From contig MU005971.1 in NCBI GenBank assembly GCA_010093745.1, positions 186,001 through 250,000 of the forward strand: 64,000 nucleotides of DNA. The letters run 5' to 3'. This document shows positions 26,501 through 34,500 of the stretch, piece by piece (the stretch's first letter is position 1; every line of letters starts with the position of its first letter). A program made the translations under genes and the position numbers. The notes beneath the pieces were generated by a model. It saw only the letters and a program-made list of their open reading frames with translations, searched no databases and had not been told where the DNA came from. The DNA is from Piedraia hortae CBS 480.64 (Eukaryota).

Positions 26501-26991
26501 TAGACAAAGGCTTCTACCGCAGACACTTTGACCGAGATACGGCAAGGCAAGTCCTTGGTCTGACCTCCCGCATGCTCTGCCTTGCTGATGCTCGAGCTTC
26601 GACGGGATCGATCCATTCCGCCATCAGACCCAGGAACGTCTGGTCGTCCAGATGGATTTTGGAAAATCTCAGCATCTTGTACTTGTCTGAGCCAGTACCT
26701 CCAGGTAATTTGACCGTCATGAATCAAAACGGTAATATTCTGGGCCTGATATCGTATTCCCTTGAAGAACACACGGCCTCCAAGCAGACTGATTTGCAAG
26801 GCCGTAATCTCCACATAGGCTCGGTATTTGTGCCAAGTCCACGAACGAATTATGTAAGAAACCACCGTGGCAAACAGCCGGTTGAAGTAGAAGAGGAAGA
26901 AGAGACCGAGAACGCCGCAGACAAACAGTTCGATCAGGTAGACCCAGTTGAAGCCCTCGAGCGGGCCCAGCGGGCTGTCCGCAATGACCAT
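17581..26991 (-). CDS. CSF1: Csf1 / BLTP1-family bridge-like lipid transfer protein ('fermentation-associated protein'), 3136 aa, no intron
   Basis: N-terminal transmembrane anchor followed by FYFNRLFATVVSYIIR...LQISLLGGRVFFKGIRY; GATVVYGPWADRERVRLQ; C-terminal IETPQLRDMGEATPPLEWIGL. Length typical of the family. Confidence 0.92.
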   Translation of the reverse strand: MVIADSPLGPLEGFNWVYLIELFVCGVLGLFFLFYFNRLFATVVSYIIRSWTWHKYRAYVEITALQISLLGGRVFFKGIRYQAQNITVLIHDGQITWRYWLRQVQDAEIFQNPSGRPDVPGSDGGMDRSRRSSSISKAEHAGGQTKDLPCRISVKVSAVEAFVYNRTPAFEMMVDATLKKAKEQSANMDGFTFSENSSAKEHKRTDSSKPPAMSELPAWLQLLPVKIECKRAAAAIGNENTTSIVVAKLERAFGVIDAGQSGPLDLYKLLLDFDVDTCSAQLKPNADYKQNQKEAAIKVIREKKGKAGKLPGSRPMLWFRIQRTWRKLMSCFADGSTAGSIKTWSMKSATDEPSRDQEWLQEGEWHGLSRYLDDSGPSDGSNWNNIEYARSSLIMDCKELGFRFFFDVPGYVPLEQPGSALTEDINGSEPPEYGMEFYVHGATVVYGPWADRERVRLQQAFFPSSYVDATPAHRLKPGDTRVWTVFKIHVCVEEDAIFRVPTRESSKDVQWQNIPTPRPPEDASKQNKKRNKSRKRKQNAPAADVRPFGWLDVKVKQDSTVNYVMDMFPRANGYKNFLNVDAKGTEMTSSVNHNLLWRAGPLALDADLSYPLGWREPRRWPFNIVCNDLELFILRDHFFLIIDIVNDWASGPPPEFYTFVPYVYTLNLEFRNWCFYLNVNDANIINDPADLTKNDFLTLEGKSITAKLDIPMEDFRPKRNEITWDVAGHALRMRMLTPSRNTLFTFLKDDLVATLPELTLTGGMDQNGELHPATVLTDLLRFDIWAKGLELKAYGQLVRQFINVKENYFGDYIHFKTLEEFQTASEDMKEANVKTTTPAPPPTPNELDVVLCIIVEDTTLLLPSNLYSCENYVKAQLAQYNLDLRVNSYYLDLGLNLSPLAISHGSLTGTVGDSPPQAFISHVNLYGHRAFGAPPLEPVYFDQFDVDVGSLTGECSGDFTHALVRSAQSFAFAFEDLENALSLQSPNIFHSCVFVRVRTGIIRLWLRAGTDALLVSLQPVTVHSNDWANEWASQRITVSVPELTVACVDTQADDHSKKLPTSAFVRTGVSVNVVVRKSEFSKERQAQQTYVRDCDRRTCRTPFLLYREDTLPVDDPDGTDNLDPPAMQVPPIPCPLNDMGQPITRPRSMRSYLSGASAKSKTSSRSDRSIASSIRSFGQNARRFSRLPARQKSRRSDRASTAASHRSFYTSSSSFRSERVLDNPFAEPNFPLQSFEPSEKNVPPFPQSNNLPKSAFKGMPGDDSSISDFQENMQDTGVFIRVWPGIRGFIESKAVTCLVNFLDDVLPRTAEDVMDAYQSDVISKLPGKQKAKTQILNEVEIMATVPWAQIRVMNFANAKTDQLDVGLLGVQLMVRMKDQLRANKVDTKVSLYSTVDSIEAAVYQRQGGSSELTQLARARVGDVQLWAVLSQDSVVHASVRESEVVLAGQTTERIVSLAVRTAPLVEELKGQIESPLDKARNKLVYLVYAITQHGEGSSDPPFLSRMTYLLRAFPNHLRNQESWKVLSRLRQMLDSLQPSEKHELTQKLDSKDLHCPRDAPSQVLTSWGQWRNWDVPNFGETLAFRIWQKHIEGLPMDSAEGGQLTLVVTSQLLRVALESGGAPNQLTVEDFTLAVDVIPPKKPTGLLLAKENTRTMTLIQLHTGAVRLDLNWTVIDIVRRILPIVDKLETHPPVQRRERSRSRAKSVVERSQRQDVHFVFATDSGTIKLKTINLRHVIAAQGVKVSFTATSSQAAEQNASCMNTLVNLDQAITELHGPSGQLWETKLVSPSIYVHQTQPIRGPSSVDIAASYDALCIRTADSMPGMLAMVDLVITDEVSEIVKLVQSQPEGGSSSLGRHANLNVALLAGDLEMEVLLLQTLSYRIVGGKTRLRVAPRLVGRKGVDVDFDIDKQTHGFVNLSRGEHQHQGMVELPLISGNVHFQTARIETLLSSTTRIGKIEIDAAAVQAVVGVVHRPEVKEVFKAIKGNIDDIQQHVEDFGSGGTAKGVDQKRFLFDLRLALAGVRVSSGTSQTRKPSAAKAEFGIGPLHATVSNRKTFSDANTVIPEVHVQIDDIGARLWTDEQDKVKPCGSVKFGIKMHFNSHTTPGGTVARELDYRSDGIVVDAFPETASALVDVINHLQDRLRDLDLLKDMERIRQLRNSRNFKKPKVLRSENDEGDGFSAADLLSVKTTASLTNIQAFWHVHEHFGEKPHNAVLTLAGIEFTTGGGHQARLAIWNILLQLVQVSHVPEHRSSISALLPELIFSVGFWSQGKDRSLAFKASGKSLDVRLDSRFMVPVKSLQNSIEFAIDRFKKDTATWQSITGAPRQNLLDTKHLAALLVEADFDGAKVHLQSSTPRSKTQYYSHEGQTSATTLTSPGIGLKVEYNSNSGKPTVNGELQVEASSNMLLPSVVPLVLEISDSVKEVMQTDDSDAEPEPEVKPTQKFFEDDSIVSANPENLFGKTKVDLGLRICRQEFGLSCQPIGRVDAKATLGNFYLTMNTIETQEHGHFFAMSAEASTLSAYVKHVYSREPTFSFDMDSVVFSLMNSKHLSGVSGISAIVKFDPTTLSINAKQLQDLLLFREIWLPPEIRNAAPNPSSQDHSDDFVQRYHMAASAAAFPWNATVSVAVLKVNLDLGQSIGKTSFAITNLWASQQKSSDWEQNLCIGLDEMAMNSFGRMSGFINLKGLAVRTLIRWPEGESNRKPIIQASAGFASLCAKAVFDYQAFAFGDIDGLDFLMFNVRTPDNDRLVAVLDCAKAYVFCTSTSPAQAAGLYQAFDRLIQEKEAAHTQSLKDIERQLHREKRTVSGSVPAVPKPTKKQPPQATSPVPLQTDVVVTIGSVCFGIYPTTFFDPQILKLEARSVQAHFAVGLQRSNTRIHSDLGMTMGQLQVALASTPRPTATQKALEVSVDEIVSNATQARGGTIVRVPEVKAVMQTWQAVDPRPNEDVVDYVFKSVFEGKIDVGWNFARIDFIKTMWNSHSKAMAKMGREVAEPAVRITAGRELGGGGKGVERNGNPHRNTNANSNGAYSNGGKLSGKDSKLGKANPKDTPTQGKITAEVHLPISKYEYRALQPPIIETPQLRDMGEATPPLEWIGLNRERLPNVTHQIVIVPLQEVAREVGGAYGRILG

Positions 26992-27216
26992 TGTGTGCTT
27001 TTCCCGTGTTTCTCATGCATTCCGCATTAAGAAGGAGTGGAATATCGATGACCGATCTCACGCCTGTCGCGCCTGAGTCGCGTGCTGTCATGTCACAACT
27101 GTCACAACTGTCACATCACGTCACGTGATGTTTATCTCGTCGCGGCGAGGGCCGAGCCGCCCCCGCAGCAATCCGCGACGTCTGCCAAAAAATTGCGGGC
27201 GCATTCCAGGACGACG

Positions 27217-29139
27217 ATGATAGCCGAAGCGGACACGGAGACGTTTAAGAAATGGGTGATTGCGAATCTCGAGCACATTGCAGATGCCGACAGCGACATT
27301 CTGGCCGACTACGTCCTCGCACTGGTCAGCACCAACGAGCCGGAGCCCATAGCCAAGGCTAACTGCGTGGCGCAACTGTCCGACTTTCTGGGGAACAAGA
27401 CGGGGTCGTTTGTGGATAAGCTATTTGCGGCGATCAGGAGCAGATCGTGGGATCCAAAGCAGCAGCAGAACGTCCAGGCTGTCCAGACCGCAGCGCGTGC
27501 CAATGCGTTTGCGCCGGCGCAGGGCAGCAAGAGGACGCTTCAGCAGGCGGGAGACGGTCAATCGATGCAGCAGTTGCAGACAGTTGACAGCAATGGCCGT
27601 CCTAAGAAGCAGCCGCGTCGGAACGATGACCGGGGACAGCAGAATGGGCAACAAACCACCGCGTAAGCCTCTCCCTTGTCACCCTCCATCCTGCTAACAG
27701 AACACAGTCCCTGGCCACTTCCCTTCGACGTGAACTCACTCCCAGCCTTAATGGCCACAATGCAAGCAATGGGCATGCCTCCCCCACCCATCCCCCTCCC
27801 CCTCCCCCAAGGCGGACCAGTCTCAACCAGCAAAGAGCAATGTCTCGACTACGAGCTCAAAGGCTTCTGCGCGCGGGGGGCCAACTGTCCCTACTACCAC
27901 GGCGATAACCCTCTCGTCGTTCCCTCTGGCGAATACGACCCTCGCACCCCGGGCGGTCTTCCTCCTCCTCCTCCTCCTCCTCCTCCACCCCCCCCAAACC
28001 GCAGTTCAAACCGCGGACGCCAACGCGGCGGTAATAACGTCGGTAACCGCGGCAAGCGCCGCGCGACGTTTTCTCACACGGGGCCTCTCAACGACGCGAC
28101 AGTCACAACCATCGTCGTCGAACAGATCCCGGACGCGAACCTCAACGAAGAAAGCGTGCGCGACTTCTTTGAAAAATTCGGTCACATCACCTCCGTAGAC
28201 TTACAACCGCACCGCAGCCTCGCGATTGTCACATTCGAAACGCGCGCAGCGGCCCTCGCGGCGTATAACAGCCCCAAGAGCATCTTTGACAATCGCTTCG
28301 TGAAAGTCTACTGGTACAAGCCGCAGGCTATCGCACCGGGAAGCGAAGCGCCGCCTGAGCCACAGGCTGAGCAGGCACAAGAACCGGAATTCGACGTGGA
28401 AGAGTTCGCGCGACGACAGGAAGAGGCGCAGCGACGACACGAGAACGCTGCCAGGGAAAGAGAGGAGATGCGCGAAAGAAGAGAAGAAGTCGACCAGAAA
28501 CTCAAAGCCATTGAGCGTGAGAAACAGCTCCTCGCTGCGCGGTTGGCTGCGAAGTCCCCTGCTGCCAAATCCCCTGCTGCCTCCCCCACCCCAGCAGAGG
28601 GCGGTGCACCGACAGAGAACCTAAAAGCAACCCTCGCGCGACTGGAAGCAGAGGCGCGCAGTCTAGGTCTCAATCCCTCTGGCACACACACGCGTGGTGG
28701 GGGTCGCGGACGCGGTAGGGCCGGGTTTAGGGGATACGTGTACCACCCACGGGGGACACCGGGATCGGTGAAAAGGCTGGATAACCGGCCTAAAACAATC
28801 TCTATCAAACTTCCAGAGGAGAATTTCAAACCCGTCGAGGAGGCCATCAGACAGTATCTGACTTTTACCGACGCGGAGGCTGTGGTGACAAGGCATCCGA
28901 CCACTGGGGATACGATCCTCCTGGCGTTCCAGCAGAGGTACGAGGCCGAGGCGTTTTTGAGTGATTTTCACAAGTATGCCGGCTTCGCGGGGTTGATGAA
29001 CTCCGCGCAGTTGGACTGGTATGGCGGTGCGGTGCCGCTGGCTGTGGGTGAGACGGCTGCTGGCCAGGATGGACAGGGAGAGGCTCCGACGCAGAATAGC
29101 AGTACTGCCGTGCAAGAGGACATGGATCACTGGGCGTAG
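27217..29139 (+). CDS. RBM26/27 (Rmn1)-like RNA-binding protein with PWI, CCCH zinc finger and RRM domains (~625 aa); exons 27217-27662 and 27708-29139
   Basis: PWI-like FKKWVIANLEHIADADSDILADYVLAL. A 45-nt intron at 27663-27707 (GTAAGC...GCTAAC...CAG) joins the two ORFs in frame. CCCH finger CLDYELKGFCARGANCPYYH; RRM TIVVEQIP...FEKFGHI...IFDNRFVKVYW; RGG tracts. Confidence 0.9.
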
Positions 29140-29162
29140 ACAACAGGATAAGAGTGAGATAA

Positions 29163-30854
29163 TTACCTTCCGAACCCAAACCAGCCTCTCTTCTTCTCCT
29201 TGACGGGCTCCTGCTCTTGCTGCGCAGGGTAGTCGATGTAATTCCATGCAATGTCGAGGAAGATGGGCTTCACGGGTACGCAGTGGATCCCGACGGGGTA
29301 ATTGACCAGTTTCTTGAGGTCGACAGATGGAGAGGTCTCCAATTTCTTCACCGCCAGTTTTCCTTCGGTGAACTCCCCATCCCGACACCGCTCCAGCTGA
29401 ACACGTGCGTGCGCCTTCCGCAAAGCAACGCCCACTACGTCCCTCAACTTGCCGACCTCGTCCCCCGACACCGCGAGCGTCGGCACACCTACCGCCTCCC
29501 CACCCTCACCCGCCTCCCTCGCAAGCTCCTCCGCACGACTCAACAACGCAAGCGCGTTAGCATGCCTCCCCAATACCGCATGCGACGCAGCAACAACAGC
29601 ACACCTCACCGCGCGAAAATACGCAATCGCGGCATCCAACTCCCTCACGAACTCCTCATCCCTCATCGCTCCCCTGAACTGCTTCACACCCTCAATACCC
29701 TGCACAATCGCATCAAGGAGGACACTATTAGTCCTGTACCTGCCCACCTTCTGTGCCCGCGACCCTCCCACTTCCCCTAACCCATCCTTCTCCCCGAGAA
29801 GAACCCTATTCCTCCCCGCCCGCCACGAGACAAGTTGGTAATTAACCTTCAAATCAACAACCCTGAGACTCTGCATCCTAGAATCACCTTCATCAAGACC
29901 CTCCCTCTCCAGCTCCTCGATCGCCCTCTTCACAGCGTCAGCCGCATCGGCAGATGCTGCGAGAACAGGATCGAAATCCTCCGCCACAACCCCCACTTTT
30001 TTCTTCAGCCCCTCCTTCGCAGCCTCCGTCTCAGCGAGTAGCAGCCCCAAAGAGTCATCGACATTTGCCCTCCTCCCCTGCCATGTAACCTCCCGTAGGG
30101 GCTCAACCCCCTCTCCCCTCTCCTTGGTGTCAAAGTAACTCGGCTGCACAGCCTGCACAGCACCCCTCATCGAAGATGGGAAAAACTCCCCCGCGATGGT
30201 GGATGGCGAGCCGCCTACCCCCGCAGCGTAGGCAGCATACTTCACCGCAGGATCGATCTCATTCTCCACGATCTCCGGGGCTGCGCTCAGCGCAGAATAC
30301 GCCGTCCGCGCGGTGGCAAACTGCGTCAAACACTCTCTCCACCGCCGACGCTCAAAGAGTTCCATCCCTTTGAGCAGTGACTTGTACGCTGTAGCCTCGA
30401 GGATATCCCTCTCACCGACGGAGATGGAGGTCTCCACGCTGTGCGTCTCTGCTTCGCTGGGTGGCGAGTCGTTTTGCGATTCCTGCCCTGTAGCTTTACG
30501 AGCGCTATTTGTATCTCTGTAGTCTGTGAGGAGAGAGACGATTTCCCCCGCCGTCGAGGCTGCTTTGTGGAGTTTTGAGATTGTTTGCTTCCTCGCCGCA
30601 CCCGAGGCCGCGGGGCGGGTGGATTTAATAACCATTGCGTGTGCGTATGCCCTTTCGCTTGTTAGGAGGAGGAGGTGGATTGATGATTTGGAAAGGGGGA
30701 GGGTTGCGGGTGTGTAGGGACCGCGTTTGGGGGATGTGATGCCTAGTTGGCGGCGGAAGGTGCGGATTTTGTGGAAGAGGGTAGTGCGATAGGTGGCATG
30801 GTCGGTTAGGAGGAGGGTTGTGCGTGTTGATTGGAGGGTTGGAGTTATTTCCAT
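29163..30854 (-). CDS. SRP68: Signal recognition particle subunit SRP68 (~563 aa)
   Basis: Start MEIT...DHATYR...RRQLG; LLLLTSERAYAHAM; C-terminal PVKPIFLDIAWNYIDYP...KKRGWFGFGR typical of fungal SRP68. ATG taken at 30854 rather than the longer ORF start. Confidence 0.9.
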   Translation of the reverse strand: MEITPTLQSTRTTLLLTDHATYRTTLFHKIRTFRRQLGITSPKRGPYTPATLPLSKSSIHLLLLTSERAYAHAMVIKSTRPAASGAARKQTISKLHKAASTAGEIVSLLTDYRDTNSARKATGQESQNDSPPSEAETHSVETSISVGERDILEATAYKSLLKGMELFERRRWRECLTQFATARTAYSALSAAPEIVENEIDPAVKYAAYAAGVGGSPSTIAGEFFPSSMRGAVQAVQPSYFDTKERGEGVEPLREVTWQGRRANVDDSLGLLLAETEAAKEGLKKKVGVVAEDFDPVLAASADAADAVKRAIEELEREGLDEGDSRMQSLRVVDLKVNYQLVSWRAGRNRVLLGEKDGLGEVGGSRAQKVGRYRTNSVLLDAIVQGIEGVKQFRGAMRDEEFVRELDAAIAYFRAVRCAVVAASHAVLGRHANALALLSRAEELAREAGEGGEAVGVPTLAVSGDEVGKLRDVVGVALRKAHARVQLERCRDGEFTEGKLAVKKLETSPSVDLKKLVNYPVGIHCVPVKPIFLDIAWNYIDYPAQQEQEPVKEKKRGWFGFGR

Positions 30855-30989
30855 GGTGATGGTGGGTGGGGGAGGATGAGGTGAGGTTGAGGACTGGGTG
30901 AGGTGGGGCGCCACCACTTCAACTTCACGCACAATGAAGTACCGGACGCACAATAAATGGCCAATCACATTACATCATTATATAGAAAC

Positions 30990-32570
30990 TTAGGCAGAGT
31001 CACGATGAAATGTCTCCTGAACTTTCTCAACGGCTTCGTGGCCCGCAGCTTCCTCGAGGTCGCGGTCCTGCGCGACGCCCATGCTTCGGCCTGAAGGAAC
31101 TGTTAGTTTGATTTCGGGGGAGGGGTGCAAATAACTTACCTTTCTTCTCAGGCCCGATGAGAGTAAGGAAAATGACGTAGCCGTAGACGCAGCCCATAAA
31201 CTAGCCATCACGTCAGCATTGCTTTCCTTTCTATGTGACAGACTTACTATAGCAATAACAATCCCATACTTATACCTCGGCACCGTATGTTCCCCGTCCT
31301 TCTTCGGCGGGAGCGGAAACCTCTGACCGATCGTTGCCTCGATCGTCGACGACGCACTGGAAATGAGATTCCCCAACTGATAACTCGTCCCGACCACAAA
31401 CGTCCTTAGTGACCCCGGAGACAACTCCATCAGATGGATGGGAATAACCCCCCACGCGCCCTGAACGCAAAACTGTTCGAAAAATGCAGCTGCAATGACG
31501 CTCTTGCTGCCAACGAAACCGTAGGGATAGAGCAGCGCACCGCCGATAATGCACATGACGATGATGCTCAGCCTCCGACCGAATACCTGGCTGAGATACC
31601 CAATCGTAGTCCCGCCGCTGATCGCACCCAGGTTAGCCACGACCTGCGTAACTGTAACGGCGTTGGGAGAGAAATTATACTGATTTTTCAGCATTGTGGG
31701 ATATAGATCCTGCGAGCCGTGCGACATGAAATTAAACCCCGCCATGAGCAGGACCATGTAGATGAGCAACAGCCAGTGACGCTTCAGCGCGACTTTGCCT
31801 TCGGCGAGGAACGTTTTCCCAACGCCTTGGCTCGACTCGCGGACCCGCTTGCGCTCGAGGTAGCTGTCCGTCTCAGGCAGCATTAGGCGGAAGATGATGA
31901 AGAGAATTGGCGGACAGGCGCCGAACCAGAACAATGGTCTCCAGCCATGGGGTGTTGTGTCGACCAACGCTCGGGCAAAAGCCGTTGCGAGAAGGTAGCC
32001 AAACGCGTACCCCTGCTGGAGCATTCCAGAGATGAGACCTCGCGCACGCTGAGGGACGTCTTCCAGTGCAGTTGCAGCGACGTTACCGTACAGCCCGCCC
32101 ATGGCGACGCCAAAGAGCGCGCGCACAGCGAGGAATTGCGAATACGTCTTGCAAAACCCGGTGCCGAGTTCAAGAATGATGAATAGCAAATTGTTGACTA
32201 CAAAAGGCCATTTCCGACCCCATCGGTCTGCTGCGATGCCGAATGTGATGGAACCCACCGATCGGAACATCAGTACCAGGGTGATACCCCAAGTGATGTC
32301 CTTTGCTGATTTTCCAAACGTTTCTGCCAGGTCACTTACAGTTAGTGAAACTGTGAAGAAGTCGAAGGCGTCCCAGGACCAGGCGAGAAAGGAGACGGTG
32401 AAGAAAAGCCATTGTTTTTTGGTAAGGAGGCCGAGTAATTTGAAGGGGCTTTCAACCCGGCTCATGGGTGGTTTGAGTGAAGACAGTCGCGTAGCAATGT
32501 ATCGTCCTGACGACATATCTTCAGAGTCTGGCATCTCTTCGACATAACTGTGGTGTTGTTTGGAGTCCAT
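30990..32570 (-). CDS. JEN1: Jen1-type MFS carboxylate:H+ symporter (~494 aa); introns at 31091-31139 and 31201-31247
   Basis: WSWDAFDFFTVS, ADRWGRKWP, LQQGYAFGYLLA and the Jen1 signature NFMSHGSQDLYPT. Removing two GTAAGT introns (47 and 49 nt) restores the last TM helix FMGCVYGYVIFLTLIGPEKKG. Confidence 0.93.
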   Translation of the reverse strand: MDSKQHHSYVEEMPDSEDMSSGRYIATRLSSLKPPMSRVESPFKLLGLLTKKQWLFFTVSFLAWSWDAFDFFTVSLTVSDLAETFGKSAKDITWGITLVLMFRSVGSITFGIAADRWGRKWPFVVNNLLFIILELGTGFCKTYSQFLAVRALFGVAMGGLYGNVAATALEDVPQRARGLISGMLQQGYAFGYLLATAFARALVDTTPHGWRPLFWFGACPPILFIIFRLMLPETDSYLERKRVRESSQGVGKTFLAEGKVALKRHWLLLIYMVLLMAGFNFMSHGSQDLYPTMLKNQYNFSPNAVTVTQVVANLGAISGGTTIGYLSQVFGRRLSIIVMCIIGGALLYPYGFVGSKSVIAAAFFEQFCVQGAWGVIPIHLMELSPGSLRTFVVGTSYQLGNLISSASSTIEATIGQRFPLPPKKDGEHTVPRYKYGIVIAIVSLSHRKESNADVMASLWAASTATSFSLLSSGLRRKVSYLHPSPEIKLTVPSGRSMGVAQDRDLEEAAGHEAVEKVQETFHRDSA

Positions 32571-32587
32571 TGCACGGGGAATGAGTC

Positions 32588-32658
32588 CTGGGGCCCCGAG
32601 TCTCGTTACCGTCTGGGGATTTATGCGGGGAAAGAATTGTGGCGTCCGGGGTCCCCGC
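32588..32658. promoter_or_regulatory. Cluster of five CreA/Mig1 consensus sites (SYGGRG) upstream of JEN1
   Basis: CTGGGG at 32588 and 32613, GCGGGG at 32625, CCGGGG at 32646 and CCCCGC at 32653, all within 90 bp of the JEN1 ATG. Confidence 0.55.
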
Positions 32659-33360
32659 CGTGTCACGCGGCGCGTTATTTGGACGGTTCATGAAGACCGT
32701 TCTGGCCAATTAGAGGTGGAACTTGGCCTTGGTTTGACATTGGCGTAGGGGAGCTTGTTTCTTGGTCTTCTTTGAACCGTTTTGATACCTGATTTGGGGC
32801 GACTGATTGTGGGTGAAAGGGCAATATTGGTGTGCATTAGCGTAGCTGCAGCCGGATAAGAATGTGCAGACGTCCAGACCACAAGTCGGACTTGGGGAAT
32901 CCGTGGACGATGACTGACACTCTGCCGCGTGTAAACCAGGCGGTTCGATGGCGTTATGATGGCTGGATGGGTTGAGTGGGTGGACTGACCCAAGAAAATC
33001 ATCCAGAAGGATAGGCTAAGTGAATCGCTTCAAGCAAAGTCTTGTATTGCCTTAACTGACATGGTTAACATGCCAGCGCGAACAATTCCACCGTCGGATA
33101 GGAAAGACATCATTAGACAGTATTGGCCAAGATGGAACCAACCCCCGGATTGCTTCCAACCTATATCAATGATCTCGCACCTCACTTTCCAACAGCGCAC
33201 AGCTACTTCCCCAATACTCACTCGCCAAGCCCACCCATAAAACCCACACAACAATAAAACCCGCCAACCCTCCCATTGGCTCGGCCAATCCCGAACTCTA
33301 ACCTCGGCCCAACACCACCCAAAAAGCACACTGCCCCAAACAATTCAAACAACCCCAAAA

Positions 33361-34500
33361 ATGTCCCATCTAAAACCCCTTCTCCTCCTAATCCTCACAA
33401 TCTTCAACCTCAAATCTCTCCCGGGAATATGGCACATCCGCGTCCTCCTCGGTCTTCTCCGCCAACTTTTTTTCCCCCAAAAACCGCAAAAAATCCTTCC
33501 ACCCCTCTCAATCTTCTACCCAATGATAACCCACTCCCGCACCAGCCTCTGGGAAACAGACTACAACTTTCACAAATCCAACTCGACTTACTTCTCAGAT
33601 TTTGACATCGCGCGGAGCCAGCTATTGGGGTATTTGATCCGTGAGGGGTTGGAGAGGTTGAATAGAGGGGATGAGACGGGGCTTCCTGCGGGATCCAAAG
33701 AGGGAAAGGCGTCGCTCTCTTCGGAAATCGCTGCAGGTGCACAATGGGGGAAGACTTCCATTCCATTGGACACTGCTGCAGGGAAGAAATCCTCCCTCTC
33801 TGAACCTGCGGCAGACTCACATGAGGATAATATCTCCCTCCCTGCAGAAGTCAATGGAGGAGATACGAACAAGAAACTCCCCCCTTACGGAGGTGCTTCA
33901 GGGAGATACTCGTTCGTCCTCGGCTCCGTAAGTGCATTCTTCCACCGCGAGATCGCACCCCTGCAACGGTATGCGATTGTGACGCGCGTCCTGGCGTGGG
34001 ATCGGAAGTGGTTATATCTTGTTAGTCATATCGTTCCGCCGGAAAAGGCCAAGGGGGGGAAGTATTGGCTGCAGCCGTGGAAGAAGGGTAAAGAGGGGGC
34101 GGGGAGGGCTGAGGGGAAGGATGTCCTCGCGACAAGTGTGGCGAGGTATGTGTTTAAGAAGGGGCGGTTGACGATTAATCCAGAGGTGGTGCTTCAGAGG
34201 TCACGTCTGGTGCCGGAGAAGCCGGTGGGTGTGGGGTTGCCGCCTAGGGGTGGGGAGGGCATTGGGAAGAGCAGTGGGGATAGGAATAGTAATGGGGATG
34301 GGGATGGGGATGGGGATGGGGATGGGGATGGGGATGTGAATGGACATGTGGACCGGGACGTGCAAACGGGGGATGATCCATGGGAAACGATGGAAAAAGA
34401 GAGACTGAGAGGCCTTCGCTTGGCGGATCATTTCGAAAAGCTATCTGCGTGCCAGGGAGAGTGTATTACTGAGAATATTCTGGGGGAGTACGCTTTGTAA
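33361..34500 (+). CDS. HotDog-fold thioesterase-like protein (THEM6/YBR096W-like), 379 aa
   Basis: Hydrophobic N-terminus with NLKSLPGIWHIR; ETDYNFHKSNSTYFSDFDIAR; FHREIAPLQRYAIVTRVLAWDRKWLYLVSH; YVFKKGRLTINPE. Confidence 0.85.
   Translation: MSHLKPLLLLILTIFNLKSLPGIWHIRVLLGLLRQLFFPQKPQKILPPLSIFYPMITHSRTSLWETDYNFHKSNSTYFSDFDIARSQLLGYLIREGLERLNRGDETGLPAGSKEGKASLSSEIAAGAQWGKTSIPLDTAAGKKSSLSEPAADSHEDNISLPAEVNGGDTNKKLPPYGGASGRYSFVLGSVSAFFHREIAPLQRYAIVTRVLAWDRKWLYLVSHIVPPEKAKGGKYWLQPWKKGKEGAGRAEGKDVLATSVARYVFKKGRLTINPEVVLQRSRLVPEKPVGVGLPPRGGEGIGKSSGDRNSNGDGDGDGDGDGDGDVNGHVDRDVQTGDDPWETMEKERLRGLRLADHFEKLSACQGECITENILGEYAL
34292..34336 (+). repeat. (ATGGGG)7 microsatellite inside the thioesterase CDS, encoding a Gly-Asp repeat
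   Basis: Seven tandem hexamers read directly from the sequence. Confidence 0.95.
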
